Assembly (NCBI GenBank): GCA_045546995.1
Contig: JAZQDW010000001.1
Span: 4,156-68,155 of the forward strand
Direction of reading: 5' to 3'
DNA: 64,000 nt
Origin: Eubacteriales bacterium
GTDB taxonomy: Bacteria > Bacillota > Clostridia > Oscillospirales > QAKW01
Positions 1 through 8,600 of this stretch are shown here, piece after piece. Positions within the stretch are counted from its first letter, which is position 1. Each line of letters opens with the position of its first letter. Position numbers and translations under genes: made by a program. The notes below the pieces were generated by a model. It was given only the letters and a program-made list of their open reading frames with translations. It was not told the DNA's origin and did no database searches.

Positions 1-5
1 TCGAC

Positions 6-34
6 TTGCGTTTTTGGGAAAAGTGTGGTATACT
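6..34 (+). promoter_or_regulatory. sigma-A-type promoter (TTGCGT-17-TATACT, TGn extended -10)
   Basis: -35 TTGCGT at 6-11, 17-nt spacer, -10 TATACT at 29-34 preceded by TG at 26-27. Lies 31 nt upstream of ORF 66..425. Confidence 0.5.
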
Positions 35-65
35 ATTGCCATAAAATTCCTTTGGAGGAAACTGT

Positions 66-425
66 ATGAAACGGAAACGACTGAATATTTTGGGTCTGGT
101 CTACCTTGCCGCTGCGCTGATCAGCCTGATCATTTGTGTATGGGACGTGATCATTCTGGGTCTGCTTGCCCCGGCAGTGGACATCACCGGCGGCATCGGC
201 GTTGCAATGGTCTGCACCCTGGCAGAGTTGGCGATATGTGTACTGATGGTCATTATCGGTGTGGATATGCGTAAAAAGTTTACGGCCAAAACTTTTAAGA
301 TGAGCCTGCTGTTGGCAGCCTCCTCCATCTTCTGTCTGATCTTTTGTCTGATCGGCGCCTACGTGGTCGTGCCCCCCATCCTCGGCCTGCTGTTGCCCAT
401 CGCCACCATTCTGATCATTCGTTAA
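66..425 (+). CDS. small integral membrane protein, unknown function
   Basis: GGAGG at 54-58 sits 7 nt before the ATG. The 119-aa product has about three hydrophobic helices (LVYLAAALISLIICVW, VCTLAELAICVLMVIIGV, LLLAASSIFCLIFCLIGAYVV). A terminator follows. No family recognised. Confidence 0.6.
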   Translation: MKRKRLNILGLVYLAAALISLIICVWDVIILGLLAPAVDITGGIGVAMVCTLAELAICVLMVIIGVDMRKKFTAKTFKMSLLLAASSIFCLIFCLIGAYVVVPPILGLLLPIATILIIR

Positions 426-431
426 ACACAC

Positions 432-464
432 AAACGACCTCCCCGGGGAGGTCGTTTCTTTTCA
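432..464 (+). terminator. Rho-independent terminator
   Basis: AAACGACCTCCCC/GGGGAGGTCGTTT perfect 13-bp stem followed by a CTTTTC T-rich tail. Confidence 0.7.
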
Positions 465-513
465 TTTTTCAAAACGTATGGCACGTTCCCGCTTTTTTCG
501 ACCTTTTGTGCGA

Positions 514-542
514 TTGACAGAGAAAAAAGATTGTTGTATACT
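514..542 (+). promoter_or_regulatory. sigma-A-type promoter (TTGACA-17-TATACT)
   Basis: TTGACA at 514-519, 17-nt spacer, TATACT at 537-542. Confidence 0.6.
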
Positions 543-575
543 TTAGAAAAACAGAAAATAAAGGTGAATAAAGAC

Positions 576-761
576 GTGCAACGAATGAAAAATTTACGCA
601 GGCTGCTCCGCCTGACGCAGGTAGACGTCAGCCGTGCCACGGAGATTCCCCGTCCATTGTATGCGCTGATGGAGCAGGGCAAGCTGACCCCCAACGAGGC
701 CCAATACAAGGCATTGGCCGAGCTGTTTAACGTATCGGTACAATATCTTCAAAAACCGTAA
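576..761 (+). CDS. XRE-family helix-turn-helix transcriptional regulator (small)
   Basis: HTH_XRE-like sequence LRRLLRLTQVDVSRATEIPRPLYALMEQGK. The start is ambiguous: GTG 576 (AAGGTGA 8 nt upstream) or ATG 585. The track start at 531 lies inside the promoter. Confidence 0.65.
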   Translation: MQRMKNLRRLLRLTQVDVSRATEIPRPLYALMEQGKLTPNEAQYKALAELFNVSVQYLQKP

Positions 762-775
762 AGGATGTTTTAAAA

Positions 776-1615
776 ATGATCAAACTCAATTACAAGCAAT
801 TTACCGCCGAGCTTGACCCCTTGGGCGCCGAACTGATCGCGCTGTACAAGGACGGCAAAAATCTGATCTGGTGCCGAGATCCGGAAGTCTGGGGCAGCAG
901 CGCTCCCCTGCTCTTTCCCATTTGCGGCCGCCTGCGGGAGGGCAAATATTCCCACAACGGAAGCACCTACGAGCTGGCGCCTCACGGCTTTGCCAAAAGT
1001 TCCCGTTTCCGTGTGACGGAGCAGACGTCCCACCGCGCCGTATTCGAGCTGTGTGACAGTCCCGAAACGCGAGAAGTATATCCCTTTGCCTTTAAACTGC
1101 AAGCGGTATACGAGCTTAATGAGCAGGGGCTTACCTTTACCTTTATCGTGGACAACCCCGCCGACACGCCGCTGTATTTTTCGGTGGGCGGCCATTGGAG
1201 CTTTGCGCTGGCGGAAACGCTGGAGGCCTACAACCTGCGCTTTGACGCCCCCGTCACCCTGGCGCGGGAGGTACTGGACGGCGCCTATTTATCCGGCAAA
1301 CAGGAGCCGGTCATCGACGGACAGAGCGTGTTGCCCCTGGGTTATCACATCTGTGACAATGACACCTACGTTTTCAAAAACGCGCCCCCGGCCTGCACCC
1401 TGTTGCACGGAGAGACGCCGGTGGCCCGTCTGGAGTATCCCGACACGCCCCATCTGCTGTTGTGGACCCAACCGGGGCAGAAATATCTGTGCATCGAGCC
1501 GTGGAACGGTATGCCTGACGGCGAAAACAGCGGACCGCTGTTGCAAAAGGACGCCATTTGCGCGTTGGACGGTGGCAAGCAAAAACGCTTTACACACAAA
1601 ATCATCTTTTATTAA
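776..1615 (+). CDS. aldose 1-epimerase (galactose mutarotase-like) family protein
   Basis: 279 aa. The N-terminal pattern LDPLGAELIALYKDGKNLIW...PLLFPICGRL and overall length resemble the LacX/aldose-epimerase family. Confidence 0.7.
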   Translation: MIKLNYKQFTAELDPLGAELIALYKDGKNLIWCRDPEVWGSSAPLLFPICGRLREGKYSHNGSTYELAPHGFAKSSRFRVTEQTSHRAVFELCDSPETREVYPFAFKLQAVYELNEQGLTFTFIVDNPADTPLYFSVGGHWSFALAETLEAYNLRFDAPVTLAREVLDGAYLSGKQEPVIDGQSVLPLGYHICDNDTYVFKNAPPACTLLHGETPVARLEYPDTPHLLLWTQPGQKYLCIEPWNGMPDGENSGPLLQKDAICALDGGKQKRFTHKIIFY

Positions 1616-1626
1616 GGAGCAGGACG

Positions 1627-2709
1627 ATGAAAAAACTGGGATTTGGATTGATGCGCCTACCCAAGCAAGACGAGGCCATTGACATTCAACGCACCGCCGC
1701 CATGGCAGACCGCTTTTTGGCGGCCGGATACACCTATTTGGATACCGCCTACGTTTACAACGGCTCGGAGGCCGCCTTTCGTCAGGCCATCGGCGCCCGC
1801 CACGACCGAAACGAATATCTGCTGGCAGACAAACTACCCGTATGGGCGCTGGAGAACAAGGAGGACTGTGAAAAGGTATTTTCCACCTCGCTGGAGCGTT
1901 GCGGTGTAGACTATTTTGACTACTATATGGTCCATTCCATCACCGATGACAAGCTGGAACAGATCAAGCAGTTTGAAATGTTCGAGTTTTGCCGGCAAAA
2001 AAAGGCGGAGGGCAAGGTAAAACGGTTTGGTTTTTCCTTCCACGGCAGTAATGCGGCGCTTGAGCAGCTGCTCAACGAGCATCCCGACGTAGATTTCGTC
2101 CAGCTGCAGATCAATTATCTGGACTGGGACAACGGCATCATCGCCGCCGGCAAAAACTATGAAACGGTGCGTCGGCACAACAAGGATATCATCATTATGG
2201 AGCCGGTCAAGGGCGGAGCGCTTGCCTCTCTCAAGCAGGAGGCCATGGACGTATTTGCGCAGATAGATCCATCGGCCAGCGCCGCCTCCTTTGCCCTGCG
2301 GTACGCCGCCACACTGCCCGGTGTCATCATGGTCCTCAGCGGTATGAGCGACGAGGCGCAGTTGGAGGATAATATCGCCACCTTTGATGATCTTAAAGAG
2401 CTTACGCCTGCCGAGCGGGAGGCCATTGACAAGGTACGGCGCATTACACTGGATTCCCCCGTCATTTCCTGTACCGCCTGCGGCTATTGCGTGGAGGGCT
2501 GTCCCCAAAACATTCCCATCCCCGATATCTTCAAGGCCTACAACCGTCAACTACTGTCGGCAGACGGTATGGAACGGTACCGTAAAGTAACCGAGGGGAA
2601 GGGCACGGCCGCCGACTGTATCGGCTGTGGCGCCTGCGAAGGGGTCTGCCCCCAGCATCTGCCCATCGTGGACACCCTGGGCGCCGCCGCCAAAGTATTT
2701 AACAAATAA
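1627..2709 (+). CDS. aldo/keto reductase with C-terminal 4Fe-4S dicluster domain
   Basis: AAGGAG at 1614-1619 precedes ATG 1627. AKR N-terminus MKKLGFGLMRLP. Two CxxCxxCxxxCP motifs (CTACGYCVEGCP, CIGCGACEGVCP). Confidence 0.8.
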   Translation: MKKLGFGLMRLPKQDEAIDIQRTAAMADRFLAAGYTYLDTAYVYNGSEAAFRQAIGARHDRNEYLLADKLPVWALENKEDCEKVFSTSLERCGVDYFDYYMVHSITDDKLEQIKQFEMFEFCRQKKAEGKVKRFGFSFHGSNAALEQLLNEHPDVDFVQLQINYLDWDNGIIAAGKNYETVRRHNKDIIIMEPVKGGALASLKQEAMDVFAQIDPSASAASFALRYAATLPGVIMVLSGMSDEAQLEDNIATFDDLKELTPAEREAIDKVRRITLDSPVISCTACGYCVEGCPQNIPIPDIFKAYNRQLLSADGMERYRKVTEGKGTAADCIGCGACEGVCPQHLPIVDTLGAAAKVFNK

Positions 2710-2715
2710 CCTAAA

Positions 2716-2756
2716 ACGGTCATAGCATCACAAACGGTGCTATGGCCGTTTTTTTT
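2716..2756 (+). terminator. Rho-independent terminator
   Basis: ACGGTCATAGCA...TGCTATGGCCGT stem (one G.T pair) followed by T8. Confidence 0.75.
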
Positions 2757-2758
2757 GC

Positions 2759-2823
2759 TTTCCCACCCCTGTTTCCCACCCCTCCTTATTGCTTTTCCCA
2801 CCCCTAAATGAGGGTAGGGGTAG
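2759..2823. repeat. three perfect TTTCCCACCCCT direct repeats plus a G-rich partner
   Basis: 12-mers at 2759-2770, 2772-2783 and 2794-2805. AGGGTAGGGGTAG lies at 2811-2823. Confidence 0.8.
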
Positions 2824-2865
2824 TGCCAAGCGACACAGAATGTTTTATAATAAAAGCAGAAATTA

Positions 2866-2874
2866 TGATATAAT
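2866..2874 (+). promoter_or_regulatory. extended -10 element (TGaTATAAT) upstream of the SLH gene
   Basis: TG at 2866-2867 and TATAAT at 2869-2874. No good -35 element. Confidence 0.4.
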
Positions 2875-2903
2875 TTCAAAATATATACAAAGGAGATAAA
2901 ATT

Positions 2904-4115
2904 ATGAACGCTAAAAGATTTCAAAAAACCTTGATCGGTATTTTGCTGTGTCTTTGTTTGCTGATCGGCTGTCTGCCCGCCGTGGCCGCCACCCCGTTTA
3001 CCGACGTAAAAAAGAACGCCTATTATGCCGAAGCAGTCGAGTGGGCTGTGGCCGGTAATATTACCGCCGGTGTCTCCCCCACCACCTTTGCCCCCGACGC
3101 CTCCTGTACCCGCGGGCAGATCGTATCCTTTTTGTGGCGCAACGCCTCCTGCCCCGAGCCCAAAACCTCTGCCAATCCCTTTACTGACATCAAGAAAGGC
3201 GCCTATTACTACAAAGCCGTACTGTGGGCCGTGGAAAACGGCATTACTGCCGGTGCCACCCCCACCACCTTTGCTCCCGACGCCCCCTGCACCCGCGGAC
3301 AGATCGTGGCATTTTTGTGGCGCAGTGCCTCCTGCCCCACTCCCCCCACCTCCGGTAATCCCTTTACCGACGTAAAGAAGAGCGCCTATTATTACAAGGC
3401 AGTATTGTGGGCCGTTGAGCAAGCCATCACCGCCGGCACCACGGCCACCACCTTCTCCCCCGAAGCGCCCTGCACCCGCGGACAGATCGTTACCTTTCTG
3501 TACCGCTATATGAATCCGCTGGATATCCTGGTCAATCCAACGGACCATTTTATGACTTCCTCTATGGAGACCGCCTCCTTTACCGTCACCGTCACCGGCG
3601 GCATCGCACCCTACACCTATCGCTGGTACGTGAGCTATGACGACGAAACGGTCCCCCAGAACTCTTTCACCACCAGAGACACACATCACACGCTGAACGT
3701 TACCGTTTCCGATTATGATTTTGACGAATATAATGCCATCTACGTTTACTGTGTCATCACCGATGCCGCAGGCAAGCAGGTGCGCAGCAACTTTGCCGAC
3801 GTAGTTCCCTACGTTTCAATGCGGATCACCGCACAGCCTGCCAATTACAATATGGCATCCTCTATGGAAACGGCCAACTTTACCGTACAGCTGACCGGCG
3901 GCACCGCCCCCTACACCTACAAATGGTATGCCAGCTATGACGGCCGGGAAGAACTTAAAAAGAGCGAGCTATCCATGCTGCCCACCAATTTCGCCGACAT
4001 CTCCTTCTCCGATTACGATTTTGATGACTACAACGTTATTTACGTTTATTGCGCCATCACCGATGCGGCAGGTCACACCGTCAACACCAACAACGCTTAC
4101 GTTTATCCCCATTAA
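2904..4115 (+). CDS. SLH-domain cell-surface protein with two Ig-like repeats
   Basis: Signal peptide MNAKRFQKTLIGILLCLCLLIGCLPAVAA. Three tandem SLH-type repeats (FTD.KK.AYY..AV.WAV...ITAG..PTTFAPD..CTRGQIV.FLWR). Two repeats of about 95 aa follow (SSMETA.FTV..TGG.APYTY.WY...DYDFD.YN.IYVYC.ITDAAG). Confidence 0.85.
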   Translation: MNAKRFQKTLIGILLCLCLLIGCLPAVAATPFTDVKKNAYYAEAVEWAVAGNITAGVSPTTFAPDASCTRGQIVSFLWRNASCPEPKTSANPFTDIKKGAYYYKAVLWAVENGITAGATPTTFAPDAPCTRGQIVAFLWRSASCPTPPTSGNPFTDVKKSAYYYKAVLWAVEQAITAGTTATTFSPEAPCTRGQIVTFLYRYMNPLDILVNPTDHFMTSSMETASFTVTVTGGIAPYTYRWYVSYDDETVPQNSFTTRDTHHTLNVTVSDYDFDEYNAIYVYCVITDAAGKQVRSNFADVVPYVSMRITAQPANYNMASSMETANFTVQLTGGTAPYTYKWYASYDGREELKKSELSMLPTNFADISFSDYDFDDYNVIYVYCAITDAAGHTVNTNNAYVYPH

Positions 4116-4137
4116 CGAGCGTTTCTTTTAGCAAAAC

Positions 4138-4171
4138 AAAAGGAGAGAGCCATGCTCTCTCCTTTTATTTT
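4138..4171. terminator. bidirectional terminator between convergent genes
   Basis: AAGGAGAGAGC-cat-GCTCTCTCCTT stem flanked by an A-run and TTTTATTTT. Confidence 0.7.
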
Positions 4172-5088
4172 GGTATCACGGTTGTGATAAATTCGGTAAC
4201 GCACTGTCTGTAACGGTCGAAGTCCTCAATAAAGCTCAGGCCGTGACCGGCAGACGGAAATGTCTCCAATCGGATGCGCTGCGGGGCGGCCGCATAAATC
4301 TCACGACTCATTTCACAGGGAACAAAACGGTCGGCCTCCCCGTGCAAGATCAAGATCGGCACCTTTGCCTTCTGCACGGCGGCGCACACGTCCGCATCCA
4401 GACGCAAGCCGCCGAAAATGCGTGCGCCGGTGATAATAAACGGCATTACCGCTCGTGACGGAAAGCCCATATCCCTTGCCACCTTGGCGATGATCCCCCG
4501 GGAGGAGGAATAGGGACAATCGGCGATGATACCGACGATATTGGCATGGATCTCCATCCCGGCGCATAACAGCACTGTAGCCGCCCCCATAGATACCCCG
4601 GACAGTATGATGGGAGTGTCCCGTCCCAAACGCTGCGCCATCCATTCGGCCCACCGTTTGACGTCCTGACATTCCCGCTCGCCGAAGCCGATGGTACGTC
4701 CCTTGCTTCTGCCGTGGGCGCGTTGATCGATCACCAGGGTATTGTGCCCAGCCTCCCTTGCCAGCTTGTTCCCGCCGCAAAAGTCCCGTGGTCCGCAGCC
4801 CTTATAGCCGTGCACCTGAATTTGCAACGGCGCGCCGTCCCGCTGATGCAGATATCTGGCCCACAGACCGTCCAGCTCCAGCCACTGCCAGGGCAACGGC
4901 TCCATCTCGTCGATCAGCTCGTCCATTCGTTGACGGGCGTGCTCGTATTGATCGCCCCGCGGCATCTCACGGGGCGTCTCTTCTTTTTTAAGGTTAAAAA
5001 ATGCCATACAGTAGCAAACAAAGCTGATCCCCAGCCACAAAAGCGCCAGGCCGACAACCACCCATACGGCGATCCACCAACCGTTCAT
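4165..5088 (-). CDS. membrane-anchored alpha/beta hydrolase
   Basis: N-terminal TM helix (WWIAVWVVVGLALLWLGISFVCYCMAFF), nucleophile elbow GVSMGA, and ILHGEADRFVP / SAGHGLSF motifs. Confidence 0.75.
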   Translation of the reverse strand: MNGWWIAVWVVVGLALLWLGISFVCYCMAFFNLKKEETPREMPRGDQYEHARQRMDELIDEMEPLPWQWLELDGLWARYLHQRDGAPLQIQVHGYKGCGPRDFCGGNKLAREAGHNTLVIDQRAHGRSKGRTIGFGERECQDVKRWAEWMAQRLGRDTPIILSGVSMGAATVLLCAGMEIHANIVGIIADCPYSSSRGIIAKVARDMGFPSRAVMPFIITGARIFGGLRLDADVCAAVQKAKVPILILHGEADRFVPCEMSREIYAAAPQRIRLETFPSAGHGLSFIEDFDRYRQCVTEFITTVIPK

Positions 5089-5104
5089 AAACTCACTCTT
5101 TTCG

Positions 5105-5133
5105 TTGACGATAACATTTAATTATAGTATAAT
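5105..5133 (+). promoter_or_regulatory. sigma-A-type promoter (TTGACG-17-TATAAT)
   Basis: TTGACG at 5105-5110, TATAAT at 5128-5133. Confidence 0.6.
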
Positions 5134-5171
5134 TATATCGCTATTGTGTTAAAAGTCAAGGAGATGACCCC

Positions 5172-6566
5172 GTGATGAAACCCGACCTGCTGTTGGCCCT
5201 GCGACAGGGAAAGCCCCTGTCCCTGCGACAGCAATTATTGTTGATCTGGCAGTTGAGTCTGCCCGCCATTATGGCACAGCTGTCCAGCATTGTAATGCAA
5301 TATATCGACGCCGCCATGGTGGGACGTTTGGGCGCAAACGAGTCCGCCGCCATCGGTCTGGTGGCCAGTAGTACCTGGCTGTTCGGTGGCTTGTGTTCGG
5401 CCGCCGTGGTGGGCTTTACCGTACGGGTAGCGCAGGCCATCGGCGCCGAGGAGCAACGTCGAGCCAGAGAGATCATGCACAGTTGCTTTGTTGCCTGTTC
5501 GGCATTTTTTCTGCTGCTTGCATTGCTCGGCGCCGGTATCAGTTACGGCCTGCCCCACTGGCTGGGCGGCAATGCGGAGGTCTGCGGCGGCGCTACCGGC
5601 TATTTTTTGGTATACGCCCTGTCCTTGCCCTTCGTGGGGCTGAACAACGTTTCCGGCGGAATGCTGCAGGCCAGCGGCAATATGAAATTGCCGGGACTGA
5701 TGCACGTCATCATGTGTCTTTTGGACGTTGTATTCAATTTCTTTTTCATCTATCCCACCCGTACGGTAAGCGGTATGACCGTTCCGGGCGCCGGATTGGG
5801 ACTGGTGGGCGCATCGCTGGGCACCGCCCTTTCCCAGGTGGTGATCAGTCTGGCGCTGACCTGGTTTTTACTGCGGAAAAGTCCGATGTTGCGGTGGCGG
5901 CGGAAAGAACGCTTTACCCTCTCTCTGCAGGATCTGGGCAAAAGCATCCGTATCTCCGTCCCCGTAGCCATCGAGCAGACCGTCTCCTGCGGGGCGCATA
6001 TTCTCTTTACCGGCATCGTCTCCCCTTTGGGCAATATTGCCATTGCCGCCAACAGCTTTGCCATCACGGCGGAGAGTCTGTGCTATATGCCGGGATACGG
6101 CATCGGACGGGCCGCCACCACCCTCATCGGGCAAAGTGTGGGGGCCGGACGTAAGGATCTGACCAAAAAGCTGGGATGGCTGACCACCCTGCTCGGCACG
6201 GTCATTATGGGTCTTTCCGGCGTACTGCTTTATCTGTTGGCTCCGTGGATGATGGCCCTGCTGACCCCCAACCCGGACGTGATCTCGCTGGGCGTACAGG
6301 TACTACGGATCGAGGCCGTTGCCGAAGGCTTTTACGGCGCTTCCATCGTGGCGTTGGGCGTTTTTCAAGGTGCCGGCGACACGCTGATCCCCAGCCTGAT
6401 GAACTTTTTCAGTATGTGGGCCGTCCGTTTGCCGCTGGCCGCCGTTTTGGCCACCCGTTACGGTCTGCCGGGTGTGTGGGTTGCCATGTGTCTGGAACTG
6501 TGTTTCCGCGGCGTGATCTTTCTGATCCGACTGGCAGGAAAGGGATGGCGAAAACAAGCAGATTAA
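5172..6566 (+). CDS. MATE family efflux transporter
   Basis: 464 aa with about 12 TM helices. The N-terminal pattern LPAIMAQLSSIVMQYIDAAMVGRLG is typical of MATE. AAGGAG at 5158-5163. Start is GTG 5172 or ATG 5175. Confidence 0.85.
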   Translation: MMKPDLLLALRQGKPLSLRQQLLLIWQLSLPAIMAQLSSIVMQYIDAAMVGRLGANESAAIGLVASSTWLFGGLCSAAVVGFTVRVAQAIGAEEQRRAREIMHSCFVACSAFFLLLALLGAGISYGLPHWLGGNAEVCGGATGYFLVYALSLPFVGLNNVSGGMLQASGNMKLPGLMHVIMCLLDVVFNFFFIYPTRTVSGMTVPGAGLGLVGASLGTALSQVVISLALTWFLLRKSPMLRWRRKERFTLSLQDLGKSIRISVPVAIEQTVSCGAHILFTGIVSPLGNIAIAANSFAITAESLCYMPGYGIGRAATTLIGQSVGAGRKDLTKKLGWLTTLLGTVIMGLSGVLLYLLAPWMMALLTPNPDVISLGVQVLRIEAVAEGFYGASIVALGVFQGAGDTLIPSLMNFFSMWAVRLPLAAVLATRYGLPGVWVAMCLELCFRGVIFLIRLAGKGWRKQAD

Positions 6567-6569
6567 GTA

Positions 6570-6598
6570 TTGCTTTTTATATTCTTTGATGTTATAAT
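6570..6598 (+). promoter_or_regulatory. sigma-A-type promoter (TTGCTT-17-TATAAT, TGt extended -10)
   Basis: TTGCTT at 6570-6575, TATAAT at 6593-6598. Confidence 0.55.
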
Positions 6599-6648
6599 AT
6601 CCGTGTATGTAATACACATTTCTCAAATACAGAAAGGGATGTTCGATT

Positions 6649-7923
6649 ATGGTAAAAGCAGTCGTCGGCGCCAACTGGGGCGACGAAGGAAAGGGTAAGA
6701 TCACAGACGTACTGGCTAAGGATGCGGATATCGTCGTCCGTTTTCAGGGCGGTGCCAACGCCGGTCATACCATCAAAAACAAATACGGCAAGTTTGCATT
6801 GCACACTCTGCCCAGCGGCGTGTTCAATGACGGTGTCATCAACTGCATCGGTAACGGTGTAGCCTTGGATGCCGAAAAGCTGATCAATGAATATAACAGC
6901 GTCGTGCAGGCCGGTGTTCCTGCTCCGCGCCTGATGGTTTCCGAGCGGGCACAGCTGGTAATGCCCTACCACGTACTGCAGGACGTATATGAAGAGGAGC
7001 GCCTCGGTAAGGCCAGTTTTGGTTCCACCAAGAGCGGCATTGCCCCCTTCTATTCCGACAAATATGCAAAAATCGGTTTTCAGGTTTGCGAGCTCTATGA
7101 CGAGGAACGCCTGAAGGAAAAACTGATTCGGGTTTTGGAGGTCAAAAACATCCTCTTTAAAAATCTTTACGGTAAAGAACCACTGGATGCAGATGAGATC
7201 TTTGCCACAATGATGAAATGGAGAGAGGGACTGACTCCCTTTGTCGGCGACGTTAGAAAGCTGCTGTGGGAGGCTGAAAAAGCAGGCAAGACCGTATTGC
7301 TGGAAGGTCAGCTCGGATCTTTGAAAGATACCGATCACGGCATCTATCCCATGGTTACCTCCTCCTCCACCGTGGCCGGCTTCGGCGCCATCGGCGCAGG
7401 CGTTGCCCCCTACGCCATTAAAGAGATCTATACCGTTATCAAGGCATATTCCTCCGCCGTCGGCGCAGGCGCCTTCGTTTCCGAGATCTTTGGTGACGAG
7501 GCACAGCAGATGCGTCTTAACGGCGGTGACGGCGGCGAATTCGGCGCTACCACCGGTCGTCCCCGCAGAATGGGTTGGTTTGACTGTGTGGCCACCCGCT
7601 ACGGTTGTGAAGTACAGGGTACCACGCACGGTGTACTGACCGTCATCGATGCCCTGGGCTATCTGGATGAGATCAAGGTTTGCGTCGGTTATGAGATCGA
7701 CGGCAAGGTCACCAAGGACTTCCCTGTCACTCCTCTGCTGGAAAAGGCCAAGCCCGTGCTGGTCACCCTGCCCGGTTGGAAATGCGATGTAACCGGCATC
7801 ACCAAGTACGAGGATCTGCCCGAAAACTGCCGCAACTACGTGGAGTTTATTGAGAAAGAGATCGGTTTCCCCATTAAGATCGTTTCCAACGGTCCCGCCC
7901 GTGAGGACATCATCTACAGATAA
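6649..7923 (+). CDS. purA: adenylosuccinate synthase
   Basis: N-terminus MVKAVVGANWGDEGKGKITD with GGANAGHT. The 424-aa length is typical. Confidence 0.95.
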   Translation: MVKAVVGANWGDEGKGKITDVLAKDADIVVRFQGGANAGHTIKNKYGKFALHTLPSGVFNDGVINCIGNGVALDAEKLINEYNSVVQAGVPAPRLMVSERAQLVMPYHVLQDVYEEERLGKASFGSTKSGIAPFYSDKYAKIGFQVCELYDEERLKEKLIRVLEVKNILFKNLYGKEPLDADEIFATMMKWREGLTPFVGDVRKLLWEAEKAGKTVLLEGQLGSLKDTDHGIYPMVTSSSTVAGFGAIGAGVAPYAIKEIYTVIKAYSSAVGAGAFVSEIFGDEAQQMRLNGGDGGEFGATTGRPRRMGWFDCVATRYGCEVQGTTHGVLTVIDALGYLDEIKVCVGYEIDGKVTKDFPVTPLLEKAKPVLVTLPGWKCDVTGITKYEDLPENCRNYVEFIEKEIGFPIKIVSNGPAREDIIYR

Positions 7924-7936
7924 AAACGATAAAATA

Positions 7937-7972
7937 AATGAGCTACCGTTTTCATACGGTAGCTCATTTTTT
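7937..7972 (+). terminator. Rho-independent terminator of purA
   Basis: AATGAGCTACCGT/ACGGTAGCTCATT 13-bp stem followed by T6. Confidence 0.8.
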
Positions 7973-8119
7973 ATTGATTTCAGGAACGTCCGTCCGACAC
8001 AAAATATAATCTATGCTCACGTTATAAAAGTCGGCCAGGCGGAGCAACGTTTCCGTAGGCGGGATCCGATCTCCGTTTTCAAATTTGGAGAGCAACGCCT
8101 GCTCGATGCCGGTTTTGTT
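7964..8119 (-). pseudogene. XRE-family HTH gene remnant (C-terminal two thirds only, no start codon)
   Basis: Open frame NKTGIEQALLSKFENGDRIPPTETLLRLADFYNVSIDYILCRTDVPEINKK matches the ..G.S...IS..E.G...P....L..LA....VS.DYLL part of HTH_3. It lacks helices 1-2 and an initiator. It lies in frame directly after the GNAT TAA stop. Confidence 0.45.
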
Positions 8120-8587
8120 TTACAGTATTTCTTCCATGCCGAGTTTTTGGGGTCTCAGACCCAGCTTCTCGTAAAATCTCTGCGCCGACGGATTGCAGGC
8201 CCAGACGTTGAGGGTAATATTATAAAACCCCTGCTCTTTTGCCCATTGCTTGATAAAGGCGTACATTTGTTGTCCCACGCCTTTTCCGCGATAGTTTTCA
8301 TCCACGCACAGATCATCAATATACAGCGTGCGACGATCGCACAGACAAGGGCTATCCTTGACCTCCTCGACCACACAAAACAAATGGCACAGCAGTTTAC
8401 CGTTTTCCTCCCCTACAAATACCGGACGGCTCTCGTCCTTCAGCAGAGAAAGCAATTGGTCATCCGTATACTTTTTGGAGGCCGCGCGGAATAGATCGGG
8501 GCGCCCCTCGTGATGCACCGCCGCCACCTGATACAGTAGGCCGCTAAGTTGTTTTAGATCTGCCGATACGGCACGACGAATCAACAT
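8120..8587 (-). CDS. GNAT family N-acetyltransferase
   Basis: 155 aa with acetyl-CoA motif YRGKGVGQQMY and the C-terminal NPSAQRFYEKLG typical of GNAT. Confidence 0.85.
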   Translation of the reverse strand: MLIRRAVSADLKQLSGLLYQVAAVHHEGRPDLFRAASKKYTDDQLLSLLKDESRPVFVGEENGKLLCHLFCVVEEVKDSPCLCDRRTLYIDDLCVDENYRGKGVGQQMYAFIKQWAKEQGFYNITLNVWACNPSAQRFYEKLGLRPQKLGMEEIL

Positions 8588-8600
8588 ACTATCAATCTTC

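Noticed and set aside
2547-3689. A 380-aa minus-strand ORF. Similar long antisense ORFs occur at 6592..7629, 13484..14770, 15870..17540, 33083..34276, 35928..37079, 42078..43319, 44124..45797 and 61882..62961.
   Set aside because: Each is the mirror frame of a well-supported gene (the SLH protein, purA, the second SLH protein, the DUF4965 gene, glmM, the opine-DH gene, prmA, the ABC permease and SBP genes, and the beta-helix gene). All have glycine/arginine-rich nonsense translations and lack translation signals.
7964-8587. The GNAT gene plus the HTH fragment read as a GNAT-toxin/antitoxin pair.
   Set aside because: The HTH piece lacks a start codon and its first two helices, and it lies downstream rather than upstream. 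The GNAT looks like an ordinary small acetyltransferase. No evidence supports a TA module.
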